From Sphingobacteriaceae bacterium (lineage in GTDB: Bacteria; Bacteroidota; Bacteroidia; UBA7662), in NCBI GenBank assembly GCA_030682795.1, contig JAUXNJ010000009.1, positions 8,582-72,581 on the forward strand: 64,000 nt of DNA. The letters run 5' to 3'. Below are positions 1-8,860 of the stretch, piece by piece. A program made the position numbers and the translations under genes. The notes beneath the pieces are model-generated. The model had not been told where the DNA came from, searched no databases, and worked only from the letters and a program-made list of their open reading frames with translations. Numbering within the stretch: position 1 is the stretch's first letter; each line of letters opens with the position of its first letter.

Positions 1-1412
1 CGCAGCTGTTTCGAGCGCCCAACCCGATCGATGTACTCACCTAAGCGATACGTATGTCCGGTAAATGGATGGTACCAACGAAAAACAGGCAAAGACTCCA
101 AGCTATCGCGTTTCTCAGAGATACCTCTGGCCTCGTAAAGCGAATCAGCTTCACGGTAACCCACAATTTCTTGTTCCTCAAGGGGCAGCTGTCTCAGGCT
201 TTTCCAAACCGAATCGGGTTGCCGGCGGGCCATGCTATCGATTTCGAAGCTGTACTCCCGTGCCATTTCCTCGTCAGCTTGCTCCTCGGCCAGCTGTTTT
301 TTCAGCTTTTTCACTTCCTTTTTCACTTGCTGATTGCCTGCAGCACCCTCTTGCAATTTCTGCGGAAGGGGCTTATTTAACAAGGCCAATACTTCCGCAT
401 CCGATTCAATGCGATAATTGCGTACCGAGGTGATGTAGCGCACATCGGCCACGGCACCTAAGTAATTCACTTGCAAAGCCACATCTTGCTTCACTGGCAT
501 CCATAACTGATTAAACTCCTGAAACTGCTGTTGCAAATGGTAGCGGATGCCATTATCGTCGGTAAAACGCACATCGATGCTATACAAGCTCAGGTTCGGT
601 TCGAGCAAGTACAAATCACCAGCGAGCAAATAAGGTCCCTTTGCCCGCGGCAGCAAGCCTATGCGAATGAGCTTTTTACCATCTTCCAACTTCTCCCCCC
701 TGTACACAAAGCGGTAGTGCTGGAAAGCTTTGGGGGAAAGAGGCGAAATAATTTCACCTACCACGGGTCTGTAAAAATTGAAATTGGCGAAATTGATGGT
801 GGGATTTGTGCCTGGGGGGAGGTTCGAGCGAATCGAAACCACCTTTTCTTGAAAAACATCGGGTTGGCGGAAGTTGATTTCGCTCATCGACTCGAGCAAA
901 TAGGTGGTTCCTACTTTGATGTTCGACTCGTCCATCAGCTTACGCACCACCCAGGGGGCTTTGTTGACTACAAAACTGCCTTTGACATAGCTATTGGCCT
1001 TGTAGCTAGCCACACTGGCCAAGTGCAGAGGCGCATTGCGGATGGCACGACGCATGATGCCATACGCCGGATCCTCGGCACGGGCATTGATTTTGATTTC
1101 GTTGAGCTCGAATACTTGAGGCTCGAGTTTGAAATCACGCTGCAGGCCTTGCGCAGCAACCACCACCTGTGACTTCAGTGCATTAAATCCCAAATAATGA
1201 ATCTGAATGTCGTATTTCCCAGCTGGCAAACTGATTTCATACCGTCCTTTTTCATTGGAAATGGTACTGTGATTGCCCGGATTAGCCAGAATGGAGGCAA
1301 AGGGCAAAGGCTTGCCTTGGGCATCCATCACCACACCGCTTAATTGCTGGGCCGACAGGGTCGAAAAACCCAATTGAAGAAAGCATAATAGCAGAAAATA
1401 TCGGCGCAACAT
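1..1412 (-). CDS. Carboxypeptidase-regulatory-like domain protein (DUF5686-like), N-terminal ~470 aa; 3' end runs off the window
   Basis: Hand translation from ATG at 1412 gives MLRRYFLLLCFLQLGFSTLSAQQLSGVVMDAQGKPLPFASILANPGNHSTISNEKGRYEISLPAGKYDIQIHYLGF. This is a signal peptide followed by a CarboxypepD_reg-type beta-sandwich. The frame stays open to position 1. It is absent from the ORF track only because it is edge-truncated. Confidence 0.6.
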   Translation of the reverse strand, partial: MLRRYFLLLCFLQLGFSTLSAQQLSGVVMDAQGKPLPFASILANPGNHSTISNEKGRYEISLPAGKYDIQIHYLGFNALKSQVVVAAQGLQRDFKLEPQVFELNEIKINARAEDPAYGIMRRAIRNAPLHLASVASYKANSYVKGSFVVNKAPWVVRKLMDESNIKVGTTYLLESMSEINFRQPDVFQEKVVSIRSNLPPGTNPTINFANFNFYRPVVGEIISPLSPKAFQHYRFVYRGEKLEDGKKLIRIGLLPRAKGPYLLAGDLYLLEPNLSLYSIDVRFTDDNGIRYHLQQQFQEFNQLWMPVKQDVALQVNYLGAVADVRYITSVRNYRIESDAEVLALLNKPLPQKLQEGAAGNQQVKKEVKKLKKQLAEEQADEEMAREYSFEIDSMARRQPDSVWKSLRQLPLEEQEIVGYREADSLYEARGISEKRDSLESLPVFRWYHPFTGHTYRLGEYIDRVGRSKQL

Positions 1413-1461
1413 TTGGTTACGAAGATCATGTATAAGGCCGAAAAATAAAAATGCAAGCTGA

Positions 1462-3093
1462 TCAGCGTTTTCTCAACGTCGGATCAAAAGAGAGCGTCAT
1501 AAAAAAGGAATGGTTATACACGAGCGTGAAATGCAATTTTTGCGCTTTTGGATACTTTCGCAAATCGAAGGTAACCCTTTGCTGGCCCGACTCAAGTTCG
1601 TTGAGTTGCCCTTTTTCGAGCAATTCACCCGTTGGGGTACTCACCAAATAATGGAGACTACTGTCGGTAGCTGCTACAGGAAATGTGATTTGCACCCCAT
1701 GACGTTTGTGTTTCACGATGCTAAATTCGTTGGGTAGTGGCAGCTGTATGCGCGGCACAAGTTGGGCTTCTGCACTGCTATCCCGCACCAAATACAAGGC
1801 ATATACCGTAGCGGAGGCCGCGGTTTTTTCGGTTTGATTGGTGGTAAAGGCATTCGGCAACTCACTGCGAATACCGCCTACGATGTGGCCAAGTAGTACC
1901 GAATCGCTGTTGATATCAGCCAGCGAAATAATTTCATTGTGTAGCAAGGGCAAGCCAGACTGCAGTAAAAATTCAGCACTGGCACCCAAAAGCGCAGGCA
2001 TACGTTCGGGATGAAGGTACTCGCTATGGAAATGTCCCTCGCGGGTAACCCTGCTGATGGTATTCACAAAAGGCACATCCGAGTCGCTTTTCAAACCATC
2101 GGTTCCTGGATAAAACCGACTGATACCGCCAAAAAATAAATTGTGCATTGCTCCCGTGCGACGGTCGTAGAGCGGCACACGGGCACTGTGGTAATGACTC
2201 AGTTGTTGCAAAAAATAGTGGTAAGTGCGCATCTTACCTGGCAAAACATCAACGGGATGCAAATAAGGCAAATCGGCTGTATGCTGAAACACACCCGAAA
2301 AAAGGGTGTAACCAAACTGTTCGTTTTCAAAAAGCTGCGGTACAAGGTTGTAATCGCGGCGATGGAGCTCTATCGGATCAGTAAATGCCTTACCAACCGT
2401 GTGCTGAAGTGGCTCGTTGGGAGGACTGAGTTGAAATACGCGAATTTGGTTTGTATAGCGCTGCTCAAAGCCAGGGCCATGATTGGGGCCCATGGGATTG
2501 TAGCGGCCGTTGAAAAGGTGCCCGGCTGCGAGGTAGTAATCCGTGCCAATCTTACCTAATTGTCCGCCTGTAACAGCAAAAAACGTATCCACGAGCAACT
2601 CAAAAGCCGCCGCAATGCTTGTTTGCTGCTGCAAATTTTCCTTCAGCTTATACAAATCGATGCGCAGCAGCTGGGGATAAGTGATGAATTGCTGTCGGCT
2701 TTCTGAAAAGCCATAGCCACCGCTGATGATCAAATGTTGACCGCTCTGGTGAAAGTTAAAATTGCTCGCCGACAGTTGCTCACGCATCGCTTGTGGCAGG
2801 ACATCAAGCGCCACACTGAAGGCACTATCGGTTAGCCAATCAAGACAATACAACCGTTCATTTGCTGCAGCTGGTGGAAAGGCACGAAATGGCTGTCGCG
2901 CATGGATGCCATTGGTGCGCCCTCCGAAAAAGAAAGTATTTGATCCCAATTGACCATAGGCATAGGAATGCAATCCCGGCAAGCCCACAAGGGGCTTTTC
3001 AATGATCAACAAACGATACGGAAAATCAGCTTGGGCCTTAACCGACCCTAGAACTGTACTCAGCAAGCAGCTTAAAAGCAGAAGTCTCATCAT
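1462..3093 (-). CDS. Secreted hypothetical protein, possibly Kelch/beta-propeller-like
   Basis: 543-aa ORF with an N-terminal signal peptide (MMRLLLLSCLLSTVLGSVKAQ). It has recurring blade-like GG motifs (FFFGGRTNG, IISGGYGF, AVTGGQLG, LFFGGISRF). No specific family recognised. Confidence 0.55.
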   Translation of the reverse strand: MMRLLLLSCLLSTVLGSVKAQADFPYRLLIIEKPLVGLPGLHSYAYGQLGSNTFFFGGRTNGIHARQPFRAFPPAAANERLYCLDWLTDSAFSVALDVLPQAMREQLSASNFNFHQSGQHLIISGGYGFSESRQQFITYPQLLRIDLYKLKENLQQQTSIAAAFELLVDTFFAVTGGQLGKIGTDYYLAAGHLFNGRYNPMGPNHGPGFEQRYTNQIRVFQLSPPNEPLQHTVGKAFTDPIELHRRDYNLVPQLFENEQFGYTLFSGVFQHTADLPYLHPVDVLPGKMRTYHYFLQQLSHYHSARVPLYDRRTGAMHNLFFGGISRFYPGTDGLKSDSDVPFVNTISRVTREGHFHSEYLHPERMPALLGASAEFLLQSGLPLLHNEIISLADINSDSVLLGHIVGGIRSELPNAFTTNQTEKTAASATVYALYLVRDSSAEAQLVPRIQLPLPNEFSIVKHKRHGVQITFPVAATDSSLHYLVSTPTGELLEKGQLNELESGQQRVTFDLRKYPKAQKLHFTLVYNHSFFMTLSFDPTLRKR

Positions 3094-3212
3094 GTGGGAA
3101 AACTACACAAATAACAAGAACATGTTTGTAATCAAAATCACAGAAGCATATTTCCACCTTCCTAACAAAACAAAATGCTTGATTAAAACAATGGCCATGA
3201 GTATATTGCATT

Positions 3213-3689
3213 ATGAGAAGGTTTTTGTTTGGCTTATGGCTGGTCTATATGACACCCCCGCCTTTTGTGGAGGCCCAAACTGTATTACACTTCGACGTCC
3301 CCATCGCGCTCGATTCCCTTGAGCTTACCCACAAATCGGCTATACACATAGATGCCAGCCAAGGTGTTTTCGATGATCACGAAGCTTGGTTGGCAGAATA
3401 CAAGCGCTTGCATGCAGCATTAGCCAAGCATCTTAAAGCAGGCGGACTAGCGTTACATGAAAAGCAGAAGTTCTACCTGCGGATTTATTTTCAGACTGAA
3501 GGCCGCATTGGCCATTTATCCTATCAGCACCTGGAGGGGCCAATGACCGAAAAGCAAGCGCAATTGTTCGAGCAATTAATGACATCGTTTGCAGGTCAAT
3601 TCCAACTTGAAAAAAGGGCTGACGTTCCATTTAAACAATGTGGCAGCGTATTGATTCAGCCAAATGTAGAACTGCCCAAGTCACCTTAA
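3213..3689 (+). CDS. Hypothetical secreted protein
   Basis: 158-aa ORF with ATG start and a hydrophobic N-terminus ending ..VEAQ. No family recognised. Confidence 0.45.
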   Translation: MRRFLFGLWLVYMTPPPFVEAQTVLHFDVPIALDSLELTHKSAIHIDASQGVFDDHEAWLAEYKRLHAALAKHLKAGGLALHEKQKFYLRIYFQTEGRIGHLSYQHLEGPMTEKQAQLFEQLMTSFAGQFQLEKRADVPFKQCGSVLIQPNVELPKSP

Positions 3690-3780
3690 CGCCCTAAATT
3701 TAAACGGGATTCGCTGCGCGCATCCCTAAGGAGGAAAGGCCTACATCACAAAAATAGGTAAGATTTAAAGGAAGGCTGCC

Positions 3781-4116
3781 CTACCTAAACTCGTAATCTA
3801 CCCCAAATACCTGACTCAGTAAAGTTTGTGGCGCGTCGAGCACCTTGGCGTTCATTTTGGGTTTAGGCGTAACGGGCGATTTGGCCGCCAAATAGCTCAG
3901 CATGGCTTCATGCAAGGTAAAGGCAGTGTTTTTGGGCTCCATTACCTGGCTCATGCGGCAGAGCATATCGTCGGAATCGCCGTCGCGCTCGCAAGCCGAA
4001 ATGGTGTACACCTTATTTAAATCCAGCGATTTTTTGCCTACATGCACCGATTTTACCCGCTGCCCATCTTCGCCATGTGCGTTAAAGGCGACTTTCATGC
4101 CCTCAAACTTAATCAC
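3781..4116 (-). pseudogene. Orphan C-terminal fragment of a 5'-nucleotidase/metallophosphatase C-terminal domain (SoxB/UshA-like tail)
   Basis: The 111-aa ORF has only a GTG immediately after an in-frame stop. GEDGQRVKSVHVGKKSLDLNKVYTISA and LHEAMLSYLAAKSPVTP match the last ~100 aa of 5'-nucleotidase C-terminal domains. No metallophosphatase N-domain lies upstream. Confidence 0.45.
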
Positions 4117-4184
4117 CTAGCCGCCAAAACACTGTTCAGCATCTTTGGCAAACACATTGTTGAGCTCCTTTTCAAGTCAGTCGG

Positions 4185-4288
4185 CTATTTGCTGACTTGT
4201 ACCTTTGGCCCAGCTTGCAACCGTTTACCTAATTCAAAAGCGTGCCTGGCAAGGTCGCTAAAATCGACTGGAATAAGTATTTTTTCAT
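4185..4288 (-). pseudogene. Remnant of a universal stress protein N-terminus, frameshifted and truncated
   Basis: ATG at 4288 is followed by an A6 run. In the +1 frame the sequence reads (MKK)ILIPVDFSDLARHAFELGKRLQAGPKVQVSK*, the canonical USP start. One extra A would restore the frame, and a stop follows after ~36 codons. Confidence 0.4.
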
Positions 4289-4309
4289 TACATACCGGTT
4301 GGAAAGGTG

Positions 4310-4354
4310 AAAAAAAGCGCCGCCAACAACCTAAAAACCCGATTGCGGCGGCGC
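4310..4354 (-). terminator. Hairpin terminator after the MBL-rhodanese gene
   Basis: 8-bp GC stem GCGCCGCC/GGCGGCGC (4317-4324 and 4347-4354) with a 22-nt loop. It is followed on the minus strand by T7 (plus-strand A-run 4310-4316). Confidence 0.5.
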
Positions 4355-4370
4355 CCGTAAATAATTGCTC

Positions 4371-5786
4371 TTAAAGCATGGTAGTCGGACAAACGTAGTC
4401 CGTAATCTTAAATTTCTCTGAAGCCTTGATGGCGCTGAAGCCACCTGCCACATTGATGAGGTTATCGAAACCACGTGCCTTGAGAATGGAGGCAAAAATC
4501 ATCGACCGATAACCACCCGCACAGTGTACATAGTATGTTTTGTCTTTATCGATGCTTGCCATGGCATCATTAACGTTATCCAAAGGTGCGTTTTCAGCAT
4601 TCACAATGTGCTCGCTGTAGTACTCGCTCTTCTTGCGGACATCGAGGATATTGATGGTAGCATCAGCTACTTCAGCTGCTGCAAATTCGTCAGCGGTTAC
4701 GCTCTGAATCTCGTCTACTTCCATGCCGGCTTTCTTCCAAGCTTCGAAGCCACCCTCGAGGTATCCGATGGCAAAATCGTAACCCACACGGGCTAGGCGT
4801 GTTACTACTTCTTCTTCGCGACCTGCGTCGGCAACAATCAAAATTTGCTGCTTGATGTCTGGAATCAAAGTGCCTACCCAAGGGGCAAAACCACCATCTA
4901 TACCAATGTTGATGCTGTTGGGGATGAAGCCAAGCGTAAACGTCTCTGGCTTGCGGGTATCGAGGATCAAAGCGCCCGTTTCGTTGACAGCGGCTTCGAA
5001 GGCTGCTGGCGATAACGCACGGGTGCCGCGTTCCATCACCAGGTCGATACTGTCGTAGCCCTGCTTATTCATCATTACGTTTAATGGGAAATAGCTTGGG
5101 GGCGGCATCAAGCCGGTTGTTACTTCGGTGATAAAGTCTTCAATCGACATATCGGCTTTCAGCGCATAATTTACTTCTTTTTGGTGACCCAAAGTGTCGA
5201 AGGTTTCTTTGCTCATGTTTTTGCCACAAGCCGATCCTGCACCATGCGCTGGGTAAACGATTACATCGTTGGCCAAAGGCATGATTTTGTTGCGGAGCGA
5301 ATGGTAGAGATGGCGGGCCAAGTCGGCTTGCGTCAAATCTGATTTTACGGCGAGGTCGGGACGACCCACATCTCCAATAAACAGCGTATCACCAGTAAAA
5401 ATCGCATGGTCTTTGCCCTGTGGATCGCGTAGCAAATACGTAGTGCTTTCCATGGTATGGCCTGGCGTATGCAATACAATGATTTTAAGATCGCCTACCG
5501 TGAGCACTTCGCCATCGGTGGCTATGTGTGCTTCAAAACTTGGCTTGGCGTTGGGGCCAAACACAATGGTGGCGCCGGTAGCTTTGGCGAGGTCGAGGTG
5601 CCCCGACACAAAATCGGCATGAAAATGCGTTTCGAGTACGTATTTGATTTTGGCGCCGCTCTTGGCTGCACGCTCTTGATAAGACGTAATTTCACGGAGC
5701 GGGTCGATTACTACCGCTTCGCCTTTTGATTCGATGTAGTAGGCACCTTGTGCCAAACAACCCGTATAAATTTGTTCGATGATCAT
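4371..5786 (-). CDS. MBL-fold metallo-hydrolase fused to two rhodanese domains (CstB/persulfide-dioxygenase-sulfurtransferase-like)
   Basis: N-terminal ETHFHADFVSGH metallo-beta-lactamase motif. The C-terminal rhodanese domain has the active-site loop HCAGGYRS. The middle rhodanese-like domain has Asp in place of the catalytic Cys (IVADAGRE). Confidence 0.8.
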   Translation of the reverse strand: MIIEQIYTGCLAQGAYYIESKGEAVVIDPLREITSYQERAAKSGAKIKYVLETHFHADFVSGHLDLAKATGATIVFGPNAKPSFEAHIATDGEVLTVGDLKIIVLHTPGHTMESTTYLLRDPQGKDHAIFTGDTLFIGDVGRPDLAVKSDLTQADLARHLYHSLRNKIMPLANDVIVYPAHGAGSACGKNMSKETFDTLGHQKEVNYALKADMSIEDFITEVTTGLMPPPSYFPLNVMMNKQGYDSIDLVMERGTRALSPAAFEAAVNETGALILDTRKPETFTLGFIPNSINIGIDGGFAPWVGTLIPDIKQQILIVADAGREEEVVTRLARVGYDFAIGYLEGGFEAWKKAGMEVDEIQSVTADEFAAAEVADATINILDVRKKSEYYSEHIVNAENAPLDNVNDAMASIDKDKTYYVHCAGGYRSMIFASILKARGFDNLINVAGGFSAIKASEKFKITDYVCPTTML

Positions 5787-5818
5787 ATGCTTCGTTTTAT
5801 TTATTTCAATTAACGAAA

Positions 5819-5826
5819 CAAATGTA
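5819..5826 (-). promoter_or_regulatory. Candidate Bacteroidota -7 box (TACATTTG)
   Basis: Matches TAnnTTTG on the minus strand, 32 nt upstream of the ATG at 5786. Confidence 0.35.
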
Positions 5827-5849
5827 AGGACCGCAAGGGTTCCACCTCG

Positions 5850-5863
5850 GTAACCTTGGTTAC
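5850..5863. promoter_or_regulatory. Inverted repeat GTAACC-TT-GGTTAC, candidate operator
   Basis: 6+6 bp inverted repeat lying 24-37 nt upstream of the -7 box of the MBL-rhodanese gene, over the expected -33 region. Confidence 0.25.
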
Positions 5864-5899
5864 ATGCTCAAAAAAAACTAAATGAATGGAAGCCGCAGC

Positions 5900-6652
5900 T
5901 TAGTTTTGGCTTTGTTGCTTTTCTTCTGCAGCTAAAAAAGATTCCGCAGCCTTTTGCTCGGCCTGCTTTTTATTCATATCAGTGCCTTTAGCTACCACCA
6001 CCTCATCTACCAACAAATGCACCACAAATTGCTTGTGCCTGCCTTGTTGTAGGGTGTCGGCAACCTCAAAAGCAATACGCTTGTTATTGCGATGACTCCA
6101 TTCCACCAAGCGACTTTTGAAGTTGGATTCGATATTTACCAATTCTTCAAAATCCACAAAAACCTTCATGATGCGGTTTTGTACAAATTTGAGTGTTTTG
6201 GGATAGCCATGATCGAGAAAAAAAGCACCAATGAAAGCCTCAAATACATCCGCATTCATGTTTTTACTAGGACGCTGGTTGCGCTGATGGCCAGATACGT
6301 CTTTCAGCAACTGGTCGAGGCCCAGTTTGCGTGACATGCTATCAAGGAAAGCGGCATTCACAATTTTCGACCGCATTTCGGTCAAAAATCCTTCATCGCG
6401 GAATGGAAACTTTTTGAATAGCAACTCGGCTACAATCAAATCCAACACAGCGTCACCCAAAAATTCGAGCCGCTCGTTGTTCTTTTTGTACCCAATTTCA
6501 TTTTCAAGTCGCGCACTCGAATGGGTAAACGCGAGTTTATACAAACTCACATTACGCGGACGACTCCCAGAAATGTTGTAAATAGCCTTATAAAGCGGGT
6601 CTTTTCCCCTCAGCAGCGTTTGTTGAAACTTGCCAATCAGGTTGTTCGCCAC
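5900..6652 (-). CDS. rnc: Ribonuclease III
   Basis: RNase III signature ERLEFLGDAVLDLIVAELLF plus a C-terminal dsRBD. GTG start 3 nt after the fabF stop, in the classic acpP-fabF-rnc order. Confidence 0.9.
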   Translation of the reverse strand: MANNLIGKFQQTLLRGKDPLYKAIYNISGSRPRNVSLYKLAFTHSSARLENEIGYKKNNERLEFLGDAVLDLIVAELLFKKFPFRDEGFLTEMRSKIVNAAFLDSMSRKLGLDQLLKDVSGHQRNQRPSKNMNADVFEAFIGAFFLDHGYPKTLKFVQNRIMKVFVDFEELVNIESNFKSRLVEWSHRNNKRIAFEVADTLQQGRHKQFVVHLLVDEVVVAKGTDMNKKQAEQKAAESFLAAEEKQQSQN

Positions 6653-6655
6653 TGC

Positions 6656-7909
6656 TTACTTTTCGTAGGCCCGGAAAATCACAGAAGTATTGTGCCCACC
6701 AAAACCAAAAGTGTTACTTAAGGCTGCTCTGATTTTCCGTGGCTGCGCCTTGTTAAAGGTGAGGTTGATCTTAGGATCAAACAACGGATCGTCGTTAAAG
6801 TGGTTGATGGTAGGAGGCACCAAGCTGTTTTGAATGGCCATGATGGTGGCCACAGCTTCTGCTGCGCCAGCTGCACCTAATAAATGGCCAGTCATGGACT
6901 TGGTAGAACTGATGTTCATTTGGTAGGCATAATCACCAAAAACAGACTGAATCGCCTTGATTTCGCTGATGTCGCCCAAAGGTGTAGAAGTACCATGTAC
7001 GTTTACATAGTCAACATCCTCTGGCTTCATGCCTGCATCTGCCAAAGCAGCATGCATCACATTGGTAGCACCCAATCCCTCGGGGTGAGGGGCCGTAATG
7101 TGGTATGCATCGGCTGACATGCCACCGCCGGCAACTTCTGCATAAATTTTAGCGCCACGCGCCAAAGCATGTTCTAAATCTTCTAAGATGAGCGCCGCAC
7201 CACCCTCGCCAAGCAAAAAACCGTCGCGGTCTACGTCAAACGGACGAGAAGCAGTTTTAGGGTCGTCGTTTCGCTCCGATAAAGCCTTCATGGCATTGAA
7301 ACCACCCACACCCGCTTCATTGATAGCTGCCTCCGAACCTCCAGTGATGAAGATATCGGCCTTGCCCAAACGAATGTAGTTGAAAGCGTCGATGATGGCG
7401 TTGTTGGAACTAGCACAAGCGGATACCGTGGCGAAATTAGGGCCACGGAATCCATACTTGATAGATATATATCCAGCCGCAATATCACCAATCATCTTCG
7501 GAATGAAGAACGGATTAAAGCGGGGCGTTCCATCTCCTTTAATAAATCCAGCAACTTCTTCGAAGAAAGTCAGAATACCACCAATGCCCGAACCCCAAAT
7601 TACACCGGCACGGTCCGTATTGATCTTCTCTAGATCCAAACCTGAATCTAAAAAAGCCTCTTCGGCAGTTACCAAAGCATAATGGGTGTATGGGTCCATC
7701 TTACGCGCCTCCTTGCGATCCATGTGTTGCAAAATATCGAAGCCTTTCAGCTCCGCTGCAAAACGGGTCCGGAATTTGGACGCATCAAAACGGGTGATGT
7801 GATCGGCACCACTGACGCCTTGCGACAAGGCCTGCCAGTAATCACCAACATTGTTGCCAATGGGGGTAAGTGCACCTAATCCTGTAACGACTACTCTTCG
7901 TAGTTGCAT
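6656..7909 (-). CDS. fabF: Beta-ketoacyl-ACP synthase II
   Basis: 417 aa. Active-site context ATVSACASSNNAI, HGTSTPLGD and GFGGHN motifs. Directly downstream of acpP. Confidence 0.95.
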   Translation of the reverse strand: MQLRRVVVTGLGALTPIGNNVGDYWQALSQGVSGADHITRFDASKFRTRFAAELKGFDILQHMDRKEARKMDPYTHYALVTAEEAFLDSGLDLEKINTDRAGVIWGSGIGGILTFFEEVAGFIKGDGTPRFNPFFIPKMIGDIAAGYISIKYGFRGPNFATVSACASSNNAIIDAFNYIRLGKADIFITGGSEAAINEAGVGGFNAMKALSERNDDPKTASRPFDVDRDGFLLGEGGAALILEDLEHALARGAKIYAEVAGGGMSADAYHITAPHPEGLGATNVMHAALADAGMKPEDVDYVNVHGTSTPLGDISEIKAIQSVFGDYAYQMNISSTKSMTGHLLGAAGAAEAVATIMAIQNSLVPPTINHFNDDPLFDPKINLTFNKAQPRKIRAALSNTFGFGGHNTSVIFRAYEK

Positions 7910-7932
7910 GCGATTAATTAAAATGGATGGGC

Positions 7933-8169
7933 TTACTGAGCGTTTGCCTCTAGGTAAGTAACAGCCTGACCTACAGTCTGAATGTTTTCAGCCTGATCGT
8001 CTGGAATAGAGATGTTGAACTCCTTTTCAAACTCCATGATCAATTCAACGGTATCCAGTGAATCGGCACCGAGATCATTGGTAAAGCTCGCATCGGTGGT
8101 TACTTCGCTTTCGTCTACACCAAGCTTATCAACGATAATGGCGCGAACTTTATTAGCTATTTCTGACAT
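7933..8169 (-). CDS. acpP: Acyl carrier protein
   Basis: 78 aa with the phosphopantetheine site [17 protein letters not shown]. Confidence 0.95.
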   Translation of the reverse strand: MSEIANKVRAIIVDKLGVDESEVTTDASFTNDLGADSLDTVELIMEFEKEFNISIPDDQAENIQTVGQAVTYLEANAQ

Positions 8170-8407
8170 CTTGTAATTGGTTTGAGTGTTTATTTCCGTG
8201 CAATATTAGTGTATTCTCAAAAAAAAGCAATGCAGATAGTTTAAAAAAGCTGAATTCCTTGAGAAGATCAGCCGTTTAGCCCTGTTTGCCGCTCACATAT
8301 CGAATGTAATTTACAAAATTTCCGATTTGCGCATCAGATAAAACAAAAAAAGTGCCACCCATGTCTCATTAAATGACCTGTTGTGCCTCCAAAACCATAT
8401 AAATGTG

Positions 8408-8415
8408 TATTTTTG
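8408..8415 (+). promoter_or_regulatory. Candidate -7 box (TATTTTTG)
   Basis: TAnnTTTG match 18 nt upstream of the TTG start at 8434. Confidence 0.35.
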
Positions 8416-8433
8416 CCATAACCACCTCAAACA

Positions 8434-8859
8434 TTGGCAAAAAAGCTACTTCAGGCAGAGCTGGAGCTCGAACAGTCGGTTCTTGGCATCAGCACCGTCC
8501 TCAAACCTTGGCAAGTTGCTTGGCATATCAATCAAGCTCTCGGTTTTGCTTTAGAGCGAGATGAAGACTTATCTCTATTGCTAGGCCGCGCTAAAAACCT
8601 GAGTTACTTTCAAAAATTCAAATTTGAATTGCCAGAATTAGAAAGCGTTCTATATTTGGTGGCCAATACAGGCAGTGCAGGCAAATTGGTTCCAGAGTAT
8701 GGCAACACCTTCGACTACTTCATCTTATTTGATGATATAGATGGTTTGCTAAACGAACGCCAACTGCTCAAGGGCCTTAAAACCATTCGTGATTTTACGG
8801 TAGTAGTACCCATTAAAGCCGATGAAAAACTGCGGTCAAAACAACATTTAGTATTTTAA
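8434..8859 (+). CDS. IPExxxVDY family protein
   Basis: 141 aa with a TTG start. It contains LVPEYGNTFDYF, a variant of the family motif. It lies immediately upstream of pyk, which I recall as a common position in Bacteroidota. Confidence 0.6.
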   Translation: MAKKLLQAELELEQSVLGISTVLKPWQVAWHINQALGFALERDEDLSLLLGRAKNLSYFQKFKFELPELESVLYLVANTGSAGKLVPEYGNTFDYFILFDDIDGLLNERQLLKGLKTIRDFTVVVPIKADEKLRSKQHLVF

Positions 8860-8860
8860 A

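Noticed and set aside
54-1172. Plus-strand ORFs 54-380, 65-433 and 531-1172 at the window start
   Set aside because: They are antisense to an edge-truncated minus-strand gene (1-1412). That gene translates cleanly into a signal peptide plus a CarboxypepD_reg domain. The plus-strand translations have no motifs and use TTG or other alternative starts.
4042-4374. Plus-strand 110-aa ORF in the gene-remnant region
   Set aside because: It has no motif and overlaps the minus-strand USP remnant and the terminator hairpin of the MBL-rhodanese gene. It is most likely a chance ORF in decaying sequence.
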